A program made the translations under genes and the position numbers. The notes beneath the pieces were generated by a model. It was not told where the DNA came from, made no database searches, and was given only the letters and a program-made list of their open reading frames with translations. Shown piece after piece: positions 51,622 through 64,000 of a DNA stretch of 64,000 nt. Positions within the stretch are counted from its first letter, which is position 1. Every line of letters starts with the position of its first letter. This DNA comes from Leucoraja erinacea (lineage: Eukaryota). The DNA is taken from contig NC_073393.1 in assembly GCF_028641065.1 (NCBI RefSeq), forward strand, positions 19,902,001-19,966,000. The letters run 5' to 3'.

Positions 51622-52165
51622 TAGACAAAAATGCAGGAGAAACTCAGCGGGTGACGCAGCATCTATGCAGCGAAGGAATAAGGATCTCGACCCGAAACGT
51701 TACCTGTTCCTTCTCTCCGTAGATGCTGGCTCAACCGCTGAGTTTCTCCAGCATTTTGGTCTACCTTCGAATTTTCCAGCATCAGCAGTTGTTTCTTAAA
51801 CAGAAAAAGCTGGAGTAACTCAGCGGGTCAGGCAGCATCTTTGGAGAGAAGGAATAGGGTGACGTTTCGGGTCGAGACCCTTCTGCAGACTGGTTAGGGA
51901 TAAGGGAAACGAGAGATATAGACGGTGATGTGGAGAGATAAAGAACACTGAATTAAAGCTCTGCAAAACAAGTAACGATGATAAAGGAAACAGGCCATTG
52001 TAAGCTGTTTGTAGGGTGAAATTGAGAAGCTGGTGCGACTTGGGCGGGGGAGGGATAGAGAGAGAGGGAATGCCGGGGCTACCAGAAGTGAGATAAATAA
52101 ATATTCATACGACTGGGCTGCAAGCTGCCCAAGCGAAATATCAGATGGTGTTCTTCCAATTTGTT
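51622..52165. mobile_element. Penelope-like fragments (fold-back repeat plus 3' remnant)
   Basis: Same terminal motif, GTGACGTTTCGGGTCGAGACCCTTCTGCAGACT. Confidence 0.6.
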
Positions 52166-53007
52166 TTTGCTATCGAATTTCACTACCAGAATGCACTCGT
52201 CATCTTACAACAAGCTACTGCCTAGTTGAGACCACATCTGGCCGAACATTTACTTCATTTACTCCAAAAGTGAACAATTCCAAAACTGTAGATCTCAGAG
52301 AAAATTCACGTGGTCACAAGGAGAACGTACAAATTCCATAAGACAGCACCCGTGGTCAGGATCTTACACGAGTCTTTGCCGACCCTGTCTACCATACCAC
52401 CCCCATTAATGGCATCTGCAGACATTGTTCTCATGCCTTGTTTCTTCTCATCCAAATTGTTGACATAAAACACAAACAGCAACGGACCCAGCCCCGATCC
52501 ATGAACACAGCTAGAGTCACAGCCTTCAATCTGAATTTTGTTTTAAACTATTCCTTCCAGAAATCAGAATTTCTGCCCATTAAGCTAGCTCTCACGCCAT
52601 CTAGCTTTCCAGGGTAACTTGGCATGCAGAATCTTCCATAAAAAAAAACATTTTCTCTGTCCTTGCCATCTTCAACCTTCTAAGTTGCTTCTTCAAAACT
52701 ATTGGTCATATGTTCATAAAGCTGCATATATCTTATCTCAGAATACTCTCCAGTAACATATCTGCCATAGATGACAGGCACAGATCTATAGGTCCTAGGC
52801 TTTTCCTTGCATGAAACACATGAAGATCAGGGAACTTGGGGGCAATCAATGGAAGTATCTTGAGGGCAGTCTGTATTACGATAGAGGTGCTCAACGTCCT
52901 AACGTGTAAAAGGTAGAGAAATCCTCCGGGCCTGATCAGATTTATCCGAGAACACCGCGGGAAGATAGAGAACAAATTGCAGTTGAGCTGGCTGAGATAT
53001 GAGTCAT

Positions 53008-53755
53008 CAATGGGATTAAGTTAGGTAAGGGGACGGTGCAGCGAGACCTGGGTGTCCTTGTACATCGGTCACTGAAAGTTGGCTTACAGGTACAGCAGGC
53101 AGTGAAGAAAGTTAATGGAATGTTGGCCTTCATAACAAAAGGATTTCAATATAGGAGTAAAGAGGTTCTTCTGCAGTTGTATTGGGCACTGGTGAGACCA
53201 CATCTGAAGTATTGTGTACAGTTTTGGTCTCCTAATTTGAGGAAGGACATCCTTGTGATTGAAGCAGTGCAGCGTAGTTTCACGTGATTGATCCCTGTGA
53301 TGGCGGGACTGTCATTTGAGGATAGATTGAAAAGACTATTCACTGGAGTTTAGATAGATGAGGTGGGATCTTATAGACACATATACAATTATAAAAGGAC
53401 TGGGCAAGCTAGATGCAGGAAAAATGTTCCCAATGTTGGGCGAGTCCAGAACCAGGGGCCACAGTCTTAAAATAAAGGGGAGGTCATTTAAGTGTGAGAA
53501 AAACGTTTGCACCCAGAGAGTTGGGAATTTATGGAATTCCCTGCCACAGAGGGCAGTGGAGGCCAAGTCACTGGATGGATTTAAGAGAGAGTTAGATAGA
53601 GCTCCAGGGGCTAGTGGAGTCAAGGGATATGGGGAGAAGGCAGGCGCGGGTTATTGATAGGGGACGATCAACCATGATCACAATGAATGGCGGTGCTGGC
53701 TTGAAGGGCCGAATGGCCTCCTCCTGCACCTAGCTTCTATGTTTCTATGTTTCTA
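53008..53755 (+). mobile_element. CR1 LINE 3' fragment
   Basis: QRDLGVLVH...LKYCVQFWSP; (TTTCTATG)n tail. Confidence 0.85.
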
Positions 53756-56287
53756 TCATTAAATGTGGGTGAGGTGCCGGAAGATTGCAGGGTGGCACTT
53801 GTACACGTAGGAACTGGAGCTGCTGGTTTAAAGCGAAGATGGGCATAAAATGCTGAAGTAACTCAGCGAGACAGGCAGCATCTCTGGAGAGAAGGGATGA
53901 GCGACGTTTTGGGACGAGACCCTTCTTCAGAGGGTTTGGATTGGAGTGCTCTGAATAGTGGTGTGCCTCCAGGATTGGTGCTGGGCCCATTGCTGTTTGT
54001 GGGTTACTGTATATCAACGATTTGGATGAGAACATACAAAGCCGGATTATTGCAGATGACTGTTAATTGGGTAATATTATAGATAGCGAAAACGGTTATC
54101 AAAGGTTACAGCAGGATCTTGTTCAGTTGGGCAAGTGGGCTGATGAATGGTTAACGAGTTTAATGCATATAAGTGTGAGGTTTTATATTTTGGGAAGTGA
54201 AATGTGGGCAGGACCTTAATAGTAAACGGCAAAACGTTTGTAAAGCTGAAGGGTCAAGGTGTGCTGGTACAGTACATAGTTCCTTGAGAGTGGTGTCACA
54301 GGTAGATAAGGTGGTTAAAAAGGGTTCGGGCGTTCATCAGTCAGGATAATGAGTATAGAATTTGGGATGTACACAAAAATGCTGGAGAAACTCAGCGGGT
54401 GCAGCAGCATCTATGGAGCGAAGGAGATATGAAACGTTTCGGGCCGAAACCCTTCTTCAGACTGATAGGGGGTGGCGGAGAGTAGGAAGGAAAAAGGGAG
54501 GAGGAGGAGCCCGAGGGCTGGGGGATGGGAGGAGACAGCTCTAGGGCCAAGGAAGGGGAGGAGACACCAAGGGCTTACAAAATTGATGTATGTTGTATGG
54601 AATTTGGGATGTTATGTTATAACTGTATAAGGAGCCGGGGAGCAGTTTCCCACGTGATAGTGGGGATATGAAATGAACTTCCAGATGAGATTATTGAGGC
54701 TGAAACTACAACAACATTTAAAGGACATTTGAACAGGACAGGGATGGCTTTGGAGACCAAACGCAGGTAGATGGGCCTAGTGTAGATGGGACACCGTGAT
54801 CGGCATGATGCATTCCAGCCCCTCTGCCAACATATATCTGTGTAAAGAGCGTGCCCCATACATCAATATCAAACTTCCCCCACTCAGTTTATATCCATGC
54901 CCTCTAATGTTGGACATTTCCCCACCCTAGGATAAAATTTGTGACAGACTATCCTATCTATGCCCGTCACTTAAAAAATAATAATTTGATCTATTATCCC
55001 CTCAGCCTCTGACATTCCAGGAAAAAGAATCCAGGTTTATCCAAACTCTCCTTGTAGCTGAAACTCTCTAATCCATGCAATGTTCTAGTAAACCTCCGCT
55101 GCATCCTCTCAAATGCATCCACACCATCCCTGTAATGGGGCAACCAGAACTTTGCGCAATACTAAATGCAGCTAATCAATCCAAAGTAACAAATCACCAT
55201 GTGCCCCACACATTGAAATCTTCTCCATTAGTATTCAATTACAGGATTAGCATTCAAATACGGTTTTTTAGAATCCATGCAGATAAATGTCACTGCCCCA
55301 TCCACATAAATCGCCTTCTTCATTACATTAAATTCAATCAGACGTGAGCTCCAATAGATTCCGGATGACTGATATGAACCTCAACAGCTTTCCTTCAGAA
55401 AGAAAATGGCAACATTCGCTACCCGTCAGCCATCCGGGAACTCGATTTTGTCTTAAATGGATATCAAAGTCCTCATCAAAGGCGCTGCAATCTCATTTCC
55501 TCCCTTGCCTACTTCAATAAAAGGGGGGCACCTTAAGGCTTTTGAAGAGAACCAACACCTCTTTCTGGTTCTCAAAGTGCACCAGCAAATTGTCACCTAA
55601 TTTACGATATCTCAGATTATCCAATCATTCCTCGGCTATACAATGTCATTCCTCCTCCTTACTGGCACATACTGGTCCTGATTTCTGATCAGTAGGCCTT
55701 TTGTCCACTCCACCATGTCCAATGTAAACGTACCCAACAACATCTGCTCACCATTTCATCTCCCCCAATATCTAGATGTATCCTTATTCGTAGCTATCTT
55801 AAAACTTATGGATTTATGATCAGGGATCCCAAATTACTCTTCCACTGAAACATCAAGCCCATTTCCCAAAGCAAGGTGTTACATGATCTGGCTTTGATTT
55901 GCAATATCCACAGACTGTTCCAAGAAACTACTTTGGATACACCTAACCAAGCTTGCTCTCTTTAGATTTTCTGCATGAAGGAAGTCACAGTCAATAATGG
56001 GGATTTGTCACTGATACCAGAAACTTGATGTTTTTACATATTTTCTCTAATATCCCCACATATCTGTTTCTCTGTCATACACCGGCTATAGGGATAATCC
56101 CATTAGAGTTGTTGCACCTCTCTTTATATTGTATTCCACCCCTATTGCCTCAGTTGATGAGTATGTGGGTGCCGCTGACATTTCCTGATTTGTAAACCAA
56201 TTCATGTATCTCTTGTACCACATCCCTATAATGTATGAAACATCAAAACTCATAAATGTTGAGTTAGCAGCCTACGATCGTCCACTT

Positions 56288-56958
56288 TACCTGTAATAAG
56301 GTAAAATATCTAGGGCATATTATTACAGAACAAATGACAGATGATGAGGATATTTATAGGCAACGACGCATGCTGTATGTACAGGCAAATATTATCTTGC
56401 GTAAATTTAGTGCGTGTGCAGATGTGGTGAAGATGTCGCTATTTAGAGCATACTGCACACCACTCTACACTGCGCACCTGTGGTCGAACTATGGAAAGAC
56501 AAGTTTGCAGAGACTAAAGGTGGCATATAACGATGCCATGAGAACACTGCTAAGGAAACCTAGATGGTGTAGTGCCAGTAATATGTTTGTGGCTGCAGGA
56601 GTCAGTACTTTGGAAGCTATCCTAAAAAATCACATGTATAAATGCATTTGCAGGATAAATTACTAAAAATGTAATTATTGTGGCCTTGTCAAACATAAGG
56701 TCACTACACGCTACGAATCCCAGTTGTGGAGACACTGGTCTCGTTGTAGGACATTGATCATTTTTTAATCTGGATCTTTAACTTATGTATTGTGTTTTTT
56801 ATTTTTATTTTTTAAATATAATTTATGATGCTTTTATGTGACATACTAAGATTTTATATGTGCTTTATGATATTTTTTTAATATGCAATGCGTTTTTAAT
56901 GTAATGTTGCCCCTTGTCTGGACCTCGAGTCCGTAATAAAGATTATTATTATTATTAT
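56288..56958 (+). mobile_element. LINE 3' fragment (RTE-X-like) nested in an old CR1
   Basis: KYLGH...LFRAYCTPLYTAHLW...LKVAYNDAMR; AATAAA plus (ATT)n tail. Clade assignment tentative. Confidence 0.6.
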
Positions 56959-57077
56959 ACTCTTTGAACTAAACACCTCAACCGACCTGTTTCAACGTTT
57001 TGAACGTCACTCAAAACATACCTCAGATCATCCATCTTAACATTTTTTTATTAACCTTTTCCTGCCACACCTCCATT

Positions 57078-57420
57078 TCAAACTAATGGGTCATATCCCC
57101 GATCTTGGCTGTTCCATGGGCTGAGCTGCTGCTCCCCCACCCCCGTGCTCATCCCTCGTGCATAAATCCTCCTAAGTAACTCCAAGGACACCGCCTTTAT
57201 CTCCCAGTTCAATTGCACCCCGTCCGTTTTATATAGGTCCCATTTGTCTAGTAAGAAAACCCAACAATCCATATATTTTATGCCCATCCACCTACACCAG
57301 GGCCTTAGCCAAGTATTCACTTGGATTATTCTGCTATTCCTATCGGTACCGTTTTGTAATCCCGAGATCGCAATCCTGGAGGTCTTGTTTTTTTTCACCG
57401 AATACCGAACTCCCTGAATT
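57078..57420 (-). mobile_element. Degenerate CR1 ORF1 (SGNH/esterase-like) remnant
   Basis: IAISGL...NTWLRPWC...WDLYKTDGVQLN pattern; decayed CR1-like sequence continues toward ~54850. Confidence 0.55.
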
Positions 57421-58729
57421 CTCTTTGCAGGCTCTCGTGTCCCTTTCCACATATGGCATTGATATGGCTTCTCGCCCTCCCGTCTCACAATGTTCCGTGT
57501 TTGCCACGTGGCATCCGTAACACCAGACAATAGAGTGAGGAGAGAGCATTCTTGAGTATCTCTTGCTGCCAGTGAAACCATTGACTGGAGTCGACTGTCA
57601 CTATTTCATTTGAACTAATTGAACAGTGACGTTCATTCAACACTTAGATAAACAAGATGTTTTCGTACTTTTTATTTCTTCTCTAAATCACAAATATTTG
57701 ATCAGAAATACGCCGAATGAGTTAACATTGAGCATGTCTCTGCCTGATGGAAATGTATCCATCGCTTCACTAATTTCAGACGTTCACAGATAGTTCACGT
57801 CTATCACGTAGTCACTAACTGATGTCAATGAGGACGCTTTATGATTACTGTTTAGATTGGCACAGTGATGTAGTAAGAAGGGAGATGCGTGCAGCTTACA
57901 GGTGTGTCACCTCAACAATGGAAGCCCCGGTTAAATCTGGCCGCCCGTGGGTTTTTTTCCCCGTTCTCCATTTGACCACGTCATGAGGTCATAAGCGATA
58001 CGAGCATAATTAGGCCATATGGCCCATTAAGTACATTCAATCATGGCTGATTATTCTTTCCTGTTAACCCAACTCTACCCATAACCCTGACACCTGTATT
58101 ATTCAAGAACTAATCTCTGGCACCTGTACTAACCACGTGCTCCGTTAATTCACATATATCGAAAAATTGAGAGTCGATAGGATAATTGGATAAGGTGGTG
58201 CGTTGCGTTGGTGGGTGATGGAACGGGAGAGTGAATTGAAATGGATTTTGAGAGAATAAACCGGTATTAATGTACGACCTTGTTTGACACACGAGGTCGT
58301 TGGACCAAACAAACTGCGACGCCAGGTATTATTTTGTGACAGTGCATGGAAACGGACGAAATTAAACAGTTCTGCGTACTGATACAACAGTCCAGTTCAA
58401 CCCAAAGCAGACTTGTTCAATCCATAAACGCCAAACGGCAATATATGCATAATGGATTTTAAAGCAAGTAGGTTGATTTAATCAATGTGATTATTCTAAT
58501 TACATACCTTTGTTAAATTGCGGTCATTTCCAATGCGACTTCACATCATTCCGAATTGCAATTCGAAGTTGAGAACAGTTAAAACTCACTTTAACATTAC
58601 AATTTGAAGAATAACCGTGCAACCAATATGAGCTCGTAATCGAATTAGTTGTGAAGCTTTCAACAAAATACCTCATAGCATTAACTACACGACGTTTGAC
58701 AACCTGGAACATTAATTTGAAGATAAATA

Positions 58730-59655
58730 TGAACAGTCGGTGGGGGCGCTGCAAGTCGGCAGCCCTGCCAGCAGCCTGTCCGTTTTTTCTACTTTTTTGT
58801 TTATTTTAGTGTGTTTAAATGTGTGTTTTTGATGTTCCTCTATGTGTCTTGTGTGTGTGTGTGTGGTGGGGGGGGGGGGGGTAAACCGTTTCGGTCGCCT
58901 CCCCCATGGAGAGGCGACATATCCATGTCGCCTCCCCCGTGGCCTAACATCGAGGATCGGTGCGGCTTTTCCCGGACTCTCGGCCTGGAGCGGGCGAGCC
59001 CTCGCCGGTGCTCGCCGGAGGGGAGCGCTCCGTTCACTGGTGCGCGGCAGCCTGAAGCTGCGGTCTGCGGAGCTCCAGCTGGCGCGTCGTCCTGGGCCTG
59101 GGATCCCTCGACGGGGACCCGGGAGGAGAAGAGCTCCAACCGCCGGACCGCGGCCAACTTCGCCCGCGGGCGCGGCGGGAACTTACCATCAGGAGCGGGG
59201 TCCCTCATCCCTGGACAGGAGCTATGACGGCCGGCCCTGTGGTCTGCGGTGCTTCTGGCTGCGGCGCCGCGGGAACTTTAAATCTTCGACCACCGGCCCG
59301 CGGCCTACACCAACCTGAATTCGCGGTCTCCGGTAGGGGAGCACCGATTCAGGACTTACCTGGACTTTTTACCTTGTCTGCACATCTGGACGCCCGCAGC
59401 GGCGGCTGCGGATGGTTGAGGTCCCGACCACGGGGGACATTGGAGGAGGACTGGCCAAATGTTGTGCCTTCCACCACAGTGATGAATGCTGTGGTGGATG
59501 TTTGTGTTAATTTTTTATTGTGTTTTTGTGTGTTCTTTTTCGTTGTACCGCTGCTGGCAAATTCATTTCACTTGCACTTTATCAGTTTTATTCGTCACTT
59601 GCACTTTATGTGCAAGTGACGAATAAAACTGATTGGTTGATTGATTGATTGATTG
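58730..59655 (+). mobile_element. GC-rich non-coding retroposon with (TTGA)n tail
   Basis: 3' half matches 24860-25294; ends AATAAA plus TTGA repeats. Confidence 0.65.
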
Positions 59656-60608
59656 CTTTACATTTACTTACTCTAATATAATCTTGACGTTAATCTGTGA
59701 GCCTGTCGCCCGTTTAACATCTTAAATATAAGCTTTCCTAAAATGAGGAAAAAATGTACTCGGGAGGTCCGCTTCAGTTCATGTAAGGTCTAATAATTAG
59801 ATTATATGCAGCCGGTAATGAAGACCTCTTAGTTTAATCGTTTCAGGCGGAGTATAAAAATAAGGACATTTGAATGAGTGAATGATTACGCTCTCTACAT
59901 TCTTTTACTTTCGTGCGGTCTAATTATTGCCTGACCTGTTCCGGATTGAGCCACGCATTTAGTTTCCATTCTTCAAAGTCCCATCAAGTAAGCGCGTAAA
60001 TGTTCTGTGATTGCACATGAAGGAGATCATTCTAGCAGATGCAGAGCCACATGATTGACGCATTCTTTCCTTTCACATCGGAAAATTCATTGCCGATTTC
60101 GTTGAACTCATCTCAACTTTAGGCGTGTTTCCTCTGCGGATTTTGCATGTAGGTACAGTTTTTTTTATACACAACATAGTTTCAATTTGTGTTCATGGGT
60201 AGCTCACCCCAATGATTTATGTTTCAGGTGACATTGAAAGCGAACCACATTAATGGGTTGAAATTACATTGCCTCGATTGGGGCAAGGTTATCCTATGAA
60301 GAGCATAATTTTAGGAGGGGGGGGGGGGGGTCTTATTTGGCATCTTATTTTAATTAGATCCTCTCACGAGGCCGAAAATCGAGAAATGGTCGATGTGCGT
60401 ACTGTTTGATGTCCTCAAATAAAACAACCTTCTATTTCCTGACTCAATTTCCGCCTTCAGGCACTCAGCCAAGCCCTATATTAAAAGCAACGCATTTCTC
60501 GACCATGTCATGGGGTGGCCGATGTGATGAGGAGTCAGCGTAGAATATACCGTGACGATTATTAACCAGACCTTCATCTTTCCCAGCCAGGCGTGCTTAG
60601 TAGTCGAT

Positions 60609-62484
60609 ATGTTTCTGAAAGTGTCACCTTGGACGATGTATTTCCTTGGAATTTTGTATGCGGGTAAATTAGGGCTTCTATTGTTTTTTATTTATGTGTC
60701 CTCAAATTAGGCAGATATGATAGTTGTGCCTTATAATGTTATGTCGAATTATCCATAAAGTCATTGCTGTCGTATGAGTTCTGGAAAGGAGGGTAATTTA
60801 CGAAACCTTTACGAGGACACAAAAAGCGGGCATAATTATTATCTGGGCTCCCATTGTAAATATTTGGGCTGAGTGCAATAAGATTTTTGCCTGCAGTGTT
60901 ACATTTCCATTGCTGTATATCAATGACTAAACTGGATTTGCACCATCTATTGACAGCTGCTGAGAACAGGTCGGGCAAGACGATATCGAATGTTGCAAAT
61001 CAGAATACGGTGATCAGTGGCATAAATTTTACCTGTCGGTGTCCCTTCCCCTTCAATGTAAATCTGTCAAACCTGGAGGTTTTCTGGTGGAAAGATGGAA
61101 ATAAAGGCTTCCTGAAAGAAGATAGCAGGAAAATCTTCACTATACGGGCAGGAGGCGCCTACCTTCACCTGCTGAATGTCACGGTCTCGGACGCCGGAAC
61201 ATACAAATGTCTTGCAAAACAAGCGGGCCGACCGGTTGGGAAGGAAACAAGAGAGCAACTGATCGTATATGGTGAGCGAACGGCACTTTAGTTGCTAGAC
61301 AAAAGTGCTGGAGAAACTCAGCGGGTGCAGCAGCATCTATGGAGCGAAGGAAATAGGCAACGTTTCGACCTGAAACGTTGCCTATTTCCTTCGCTCCATA
61401 GATGCTGCTGCACCCGCTGAGTTTCTCCAGCACTTTTGTATACCTTCGATTTTCCAGGATCTGCAGTTCCTTCTTAGGTACTTTAGTTGCAGCTCGAATT
61501 TGAATTTTGCTTCGCAGAAGTCTTTAATCCAGAATACAAATGTGAATAACGTTGGAAAATTATTTGAGATTGGTTCGTTTGAAAATATAGGTCAGAGGGC
61601 ATGACAGCAATTATATTTGAGTTGATGTATATTGAAGGTAGTGAGTGTAAGATGAATAAATACAACGGTTTCAATTTGACACCGAACGCCGAGGCGGGGA
61701 TCCTCCTGATGTTTTCCTAATGATAATGTTATCAACATATAATGCTGTGTATTGAAAGAGCGAGGTTTTTACTTCCACAAAATTATTGAAATATAAATTA
61801 TATTTCTTGCGCCGAATTAGAGAAACAATAAATGTTAGTCAAAGCATTCTCTGTAAGACAGTCCAAGTCTGCAACTGTTTATGACTGCTTATATTGGGGA
61901 GTTGAAGTATTCACAACAGTACTGTGCCTTTGAAGAGTTCAAACTTGAAAGTTGATTCGCGCATGTTAACACAAGAAACAAGTATGCAAATTAGTGTTTT
62001 TTTCTTAAATTAAATGTCAAGGGAATGCGTCAAGGGGGGAGTCCATTGCGATGAATTACACCTTTATCTGGCTCCCGATTTAAAAATTATGATGGAATTA
62101 AGTAGCGTTGGAAAAAATGCGATTAGATGATGTAATCGACTCTTCTCCTTTCTTTTAATTCTATTCCTCTTTACTTAGCTGTCCCTTCTCCTCTGAAGAT
62201 TGTATCTGTTCGATCTAGAAATGCTGCGACTGATTTCCTGAAAATGCAGTGCAGAACGGCTGCCTTTTACCCGAAAGAATTTAATCTCACCTGGCATACA
62301 AATGGTTCCGTCATCCAATCTGGATTTCGGCATGAACAAAGATCAACGGCAGACGGATTGTATGAAGTTATCAGCTTTTTAGAGGAGAAACGGACAGTCA
62401 AAGAAGGAACCGTTTACACATGTAAAATTATTCACCGTTCTATGCTAACTCCAGCAACTGCCAACTACACGGTTCCTCGTGCAG
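60609..62484 (+). CDS. Gene F: L-V-C1 IgSF gene of the same family; TM and tail not found in the window
   Basis: L 60609-60663 (MFLKVSPWTMYFLGILYA), V 60957-61271, C1 62179-62484; GT-AG, phase 1 throughout. Confidence 0.85.
60957..61271 (+). CDS. Gene F V exon
   Basis: GINFTCRCPF...VFWWKDG...LHLLNVTVSDAGTYKC...QLIVY G|gtgag. Confidence 0.9.
61296..61479. mobile_element. Fold-back PLE-derived element 25 nt into the gene F V-C1 intron
   Basis: Near-perfect inverted arms; 11-bp TSD ACTTTAGTTGC (61285-61295, 61480-61490). Confidence 0.78.
62179..62484 (+). CDS. Gene F C1-set exon
   Basis: AVPSPLKI...MQCRTAAFYPKEFNLTW...DGLYEVISFL...YTCKIIH; cttag|...G|gtaac. Confidence 0.9.
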
Positions 62485-64000
62485 GTAACGTGTTCCACGG
62501 ATAGTATAATGGATAGTCCACTGAATAATAATATTCATAGTAAAAATAAAATGTGAGGATTTTTAAAAGACCGAATTTTCTGCAGCAAATGTATTCACCT
62601 AGAACTTGTGCAATTTTCCTATTTTCTGCCAACGTAGATGGACGCTGTACAGTCCATCCAGCCTATGTTGCTTCCCAGAAAAAGTCCATCAATACCCTTC
62701 CCGCAATCGATCGCGCACCTGTACCCTTTCACGTGATCTACAAGTCCACTCTGATGCCCCCACAAACATCACACCTTCCCGAGAAATAATGTAAAAATAA
62801 TCAATTAACTCACCAAGCAGTTCCTTGGTAAAATATCAGAGAATGTGCAATGTACATGCAGACAGTTCCCGAAGCCAGGCCTGAGCTCGGATCACCACTA
62901 ACTCGGTGAAGGTTTTCTTTTTGTTTGTTTATGGCTGAAATTGGTAACCAATTGCAACACAGACACAGAGTCTACCTAAAATTAATCTGCGCAAATACCG
63001 AAATATGAAGTACTCCTCCTCCAATTTGTCTGTGGCCTCACTCTGGTAACGCAGGATGCCCAGAACAAAAAGGTTAGTGTGCGAATGGGAAAGGGATTCT
63101 AAATAGTTAGCAACCCGGAAATCCAATAGGCCTCGGCAGGAGATAGCTCCAGCGTATTTGACGATGTATTCGAGACGGAGTTTTGAACAAGCACTGTACC
63201 ATGTAACCAACACCAATGTAGCCAGTAGCTGTGGCTGATGTGAGTGTCTAGCTGCACCTTTAACTTGGAGAAAGTGAGAGGAGTCAAAAGAGAAATTGTT
63301 GAGGGTGACGACAAATTCCTCTAGACACAGGGGATTGTCCGTAGAAAAAAATATCTTTGGTCTCTTTTCAAGGAAGAAACGGAGGCCATGATATTTTCGT
63401 GTTCCTAACCACTCTACACCTACTACAGATGTCGGAGGACATTGGGAGAAAGCAGGAGAATGGGGTTAGGAGAGAGAGATAGATCAGCCATGATTGAATT
63501 GCGGAGTGGACATGATGGGCCGAATTGCCTAAATCTACTATTGCTTCTGACCTTAATACCCCTCCCCTGCCCTCCCATGCACAGCTCCTCCCAACCCCTC
63601 CTCTCTGAAGCCCTCTGGCCCCCACGCCCGAGCCTGCTTCTGCACCTCTGCTCGTCCCTGACCCCAGCCCTCATCCCTGTCGTGTTTTCACCACCCCCTG
63701 ACCTCCTTAACAATACAGAGCGGCCAGTCCTCGACAATTAGTGCTACATCCGACACCCGTGCAGAACTCAAATTCACCACTTATTTCCACCCTGCCCTCA
63801 AATTCACCTGGACGATGTCTGATACCGCTCTATGCTTCCCTTCTCTCTCTCCATTCACCCACCAGCCTCCGCAATCCTAAACATCAACTTCGGACATTTC
63901 CGTCGCCTCCAACCTGATCCCATTATTAATCACATATTTACCTTCCCGCCTTTTGCAGACTGTTCCTCCACAACTATGGTTCATTCATCCCTTTAAACCC

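Noticed and set aside
58811-59619. GC-rich overlapping ORFs (also 24700-25264, 25845-26188, 50157-50577)
   Set aside because: They lie in GC-rich repeats, are open on several frames and show no protein motif.
16877-62484. Rearranging IgL/TCR locus or germline-joined IgL clusters
   Set aside because: No heptamer-spacer-nonamer found next to the V exons (CACAGTG at ~17586, 25184, 44542 and 57861 lack a nonamer). The genes have their own TM and tail exons, and the V regions lack WYxQ and FGxG.

Overview
Vertebrate genomic DNA, most likely a cartilaginous fish (skate/ray-type repeats; inferred). Reading splice sites by hand reveals five related, non-rearranging Ig-superfamily receptor genes in alternating orientation, with the layout leader / VJ-type V / C1 / TM / cytoplasmic exons. 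Gene A (+, tail only, ~4.9-8.1 kb) has an ITIM and an ITSM. Gene B (-, 10134-19134) has a neutral TM and Tyr motifs. Gene D (+, 27074-35355) has a TM arginine (WIRAG) and a short Tyr-free tail. Gene E (-, 38552-48964) is a duplicate of B. Gene F (+, from 60609) shows L-V-C1 and runs off the window. Main finding: B and E have ~94% identical ectodomains, but E has Arg instead of Leu in the TM (CTG vs CGG, giving FRAG), a 1-nt-short tail exon, and has lost all three Tyr of the last tail exon. This looks like a paired inhibitory/activating receptor system, with signs of gene conversion over the ligand-binding exons. The rest is CR1, Rex1/Babar, L1/Tx1 and RTE-X-like LINE fragments, Penelope-derived fold-back elements with a minimal hammerhead-like core, a hAT MITE, SINEs, microsatellites and one assembly gap. 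All exon calls are manual predictions without transcript support.
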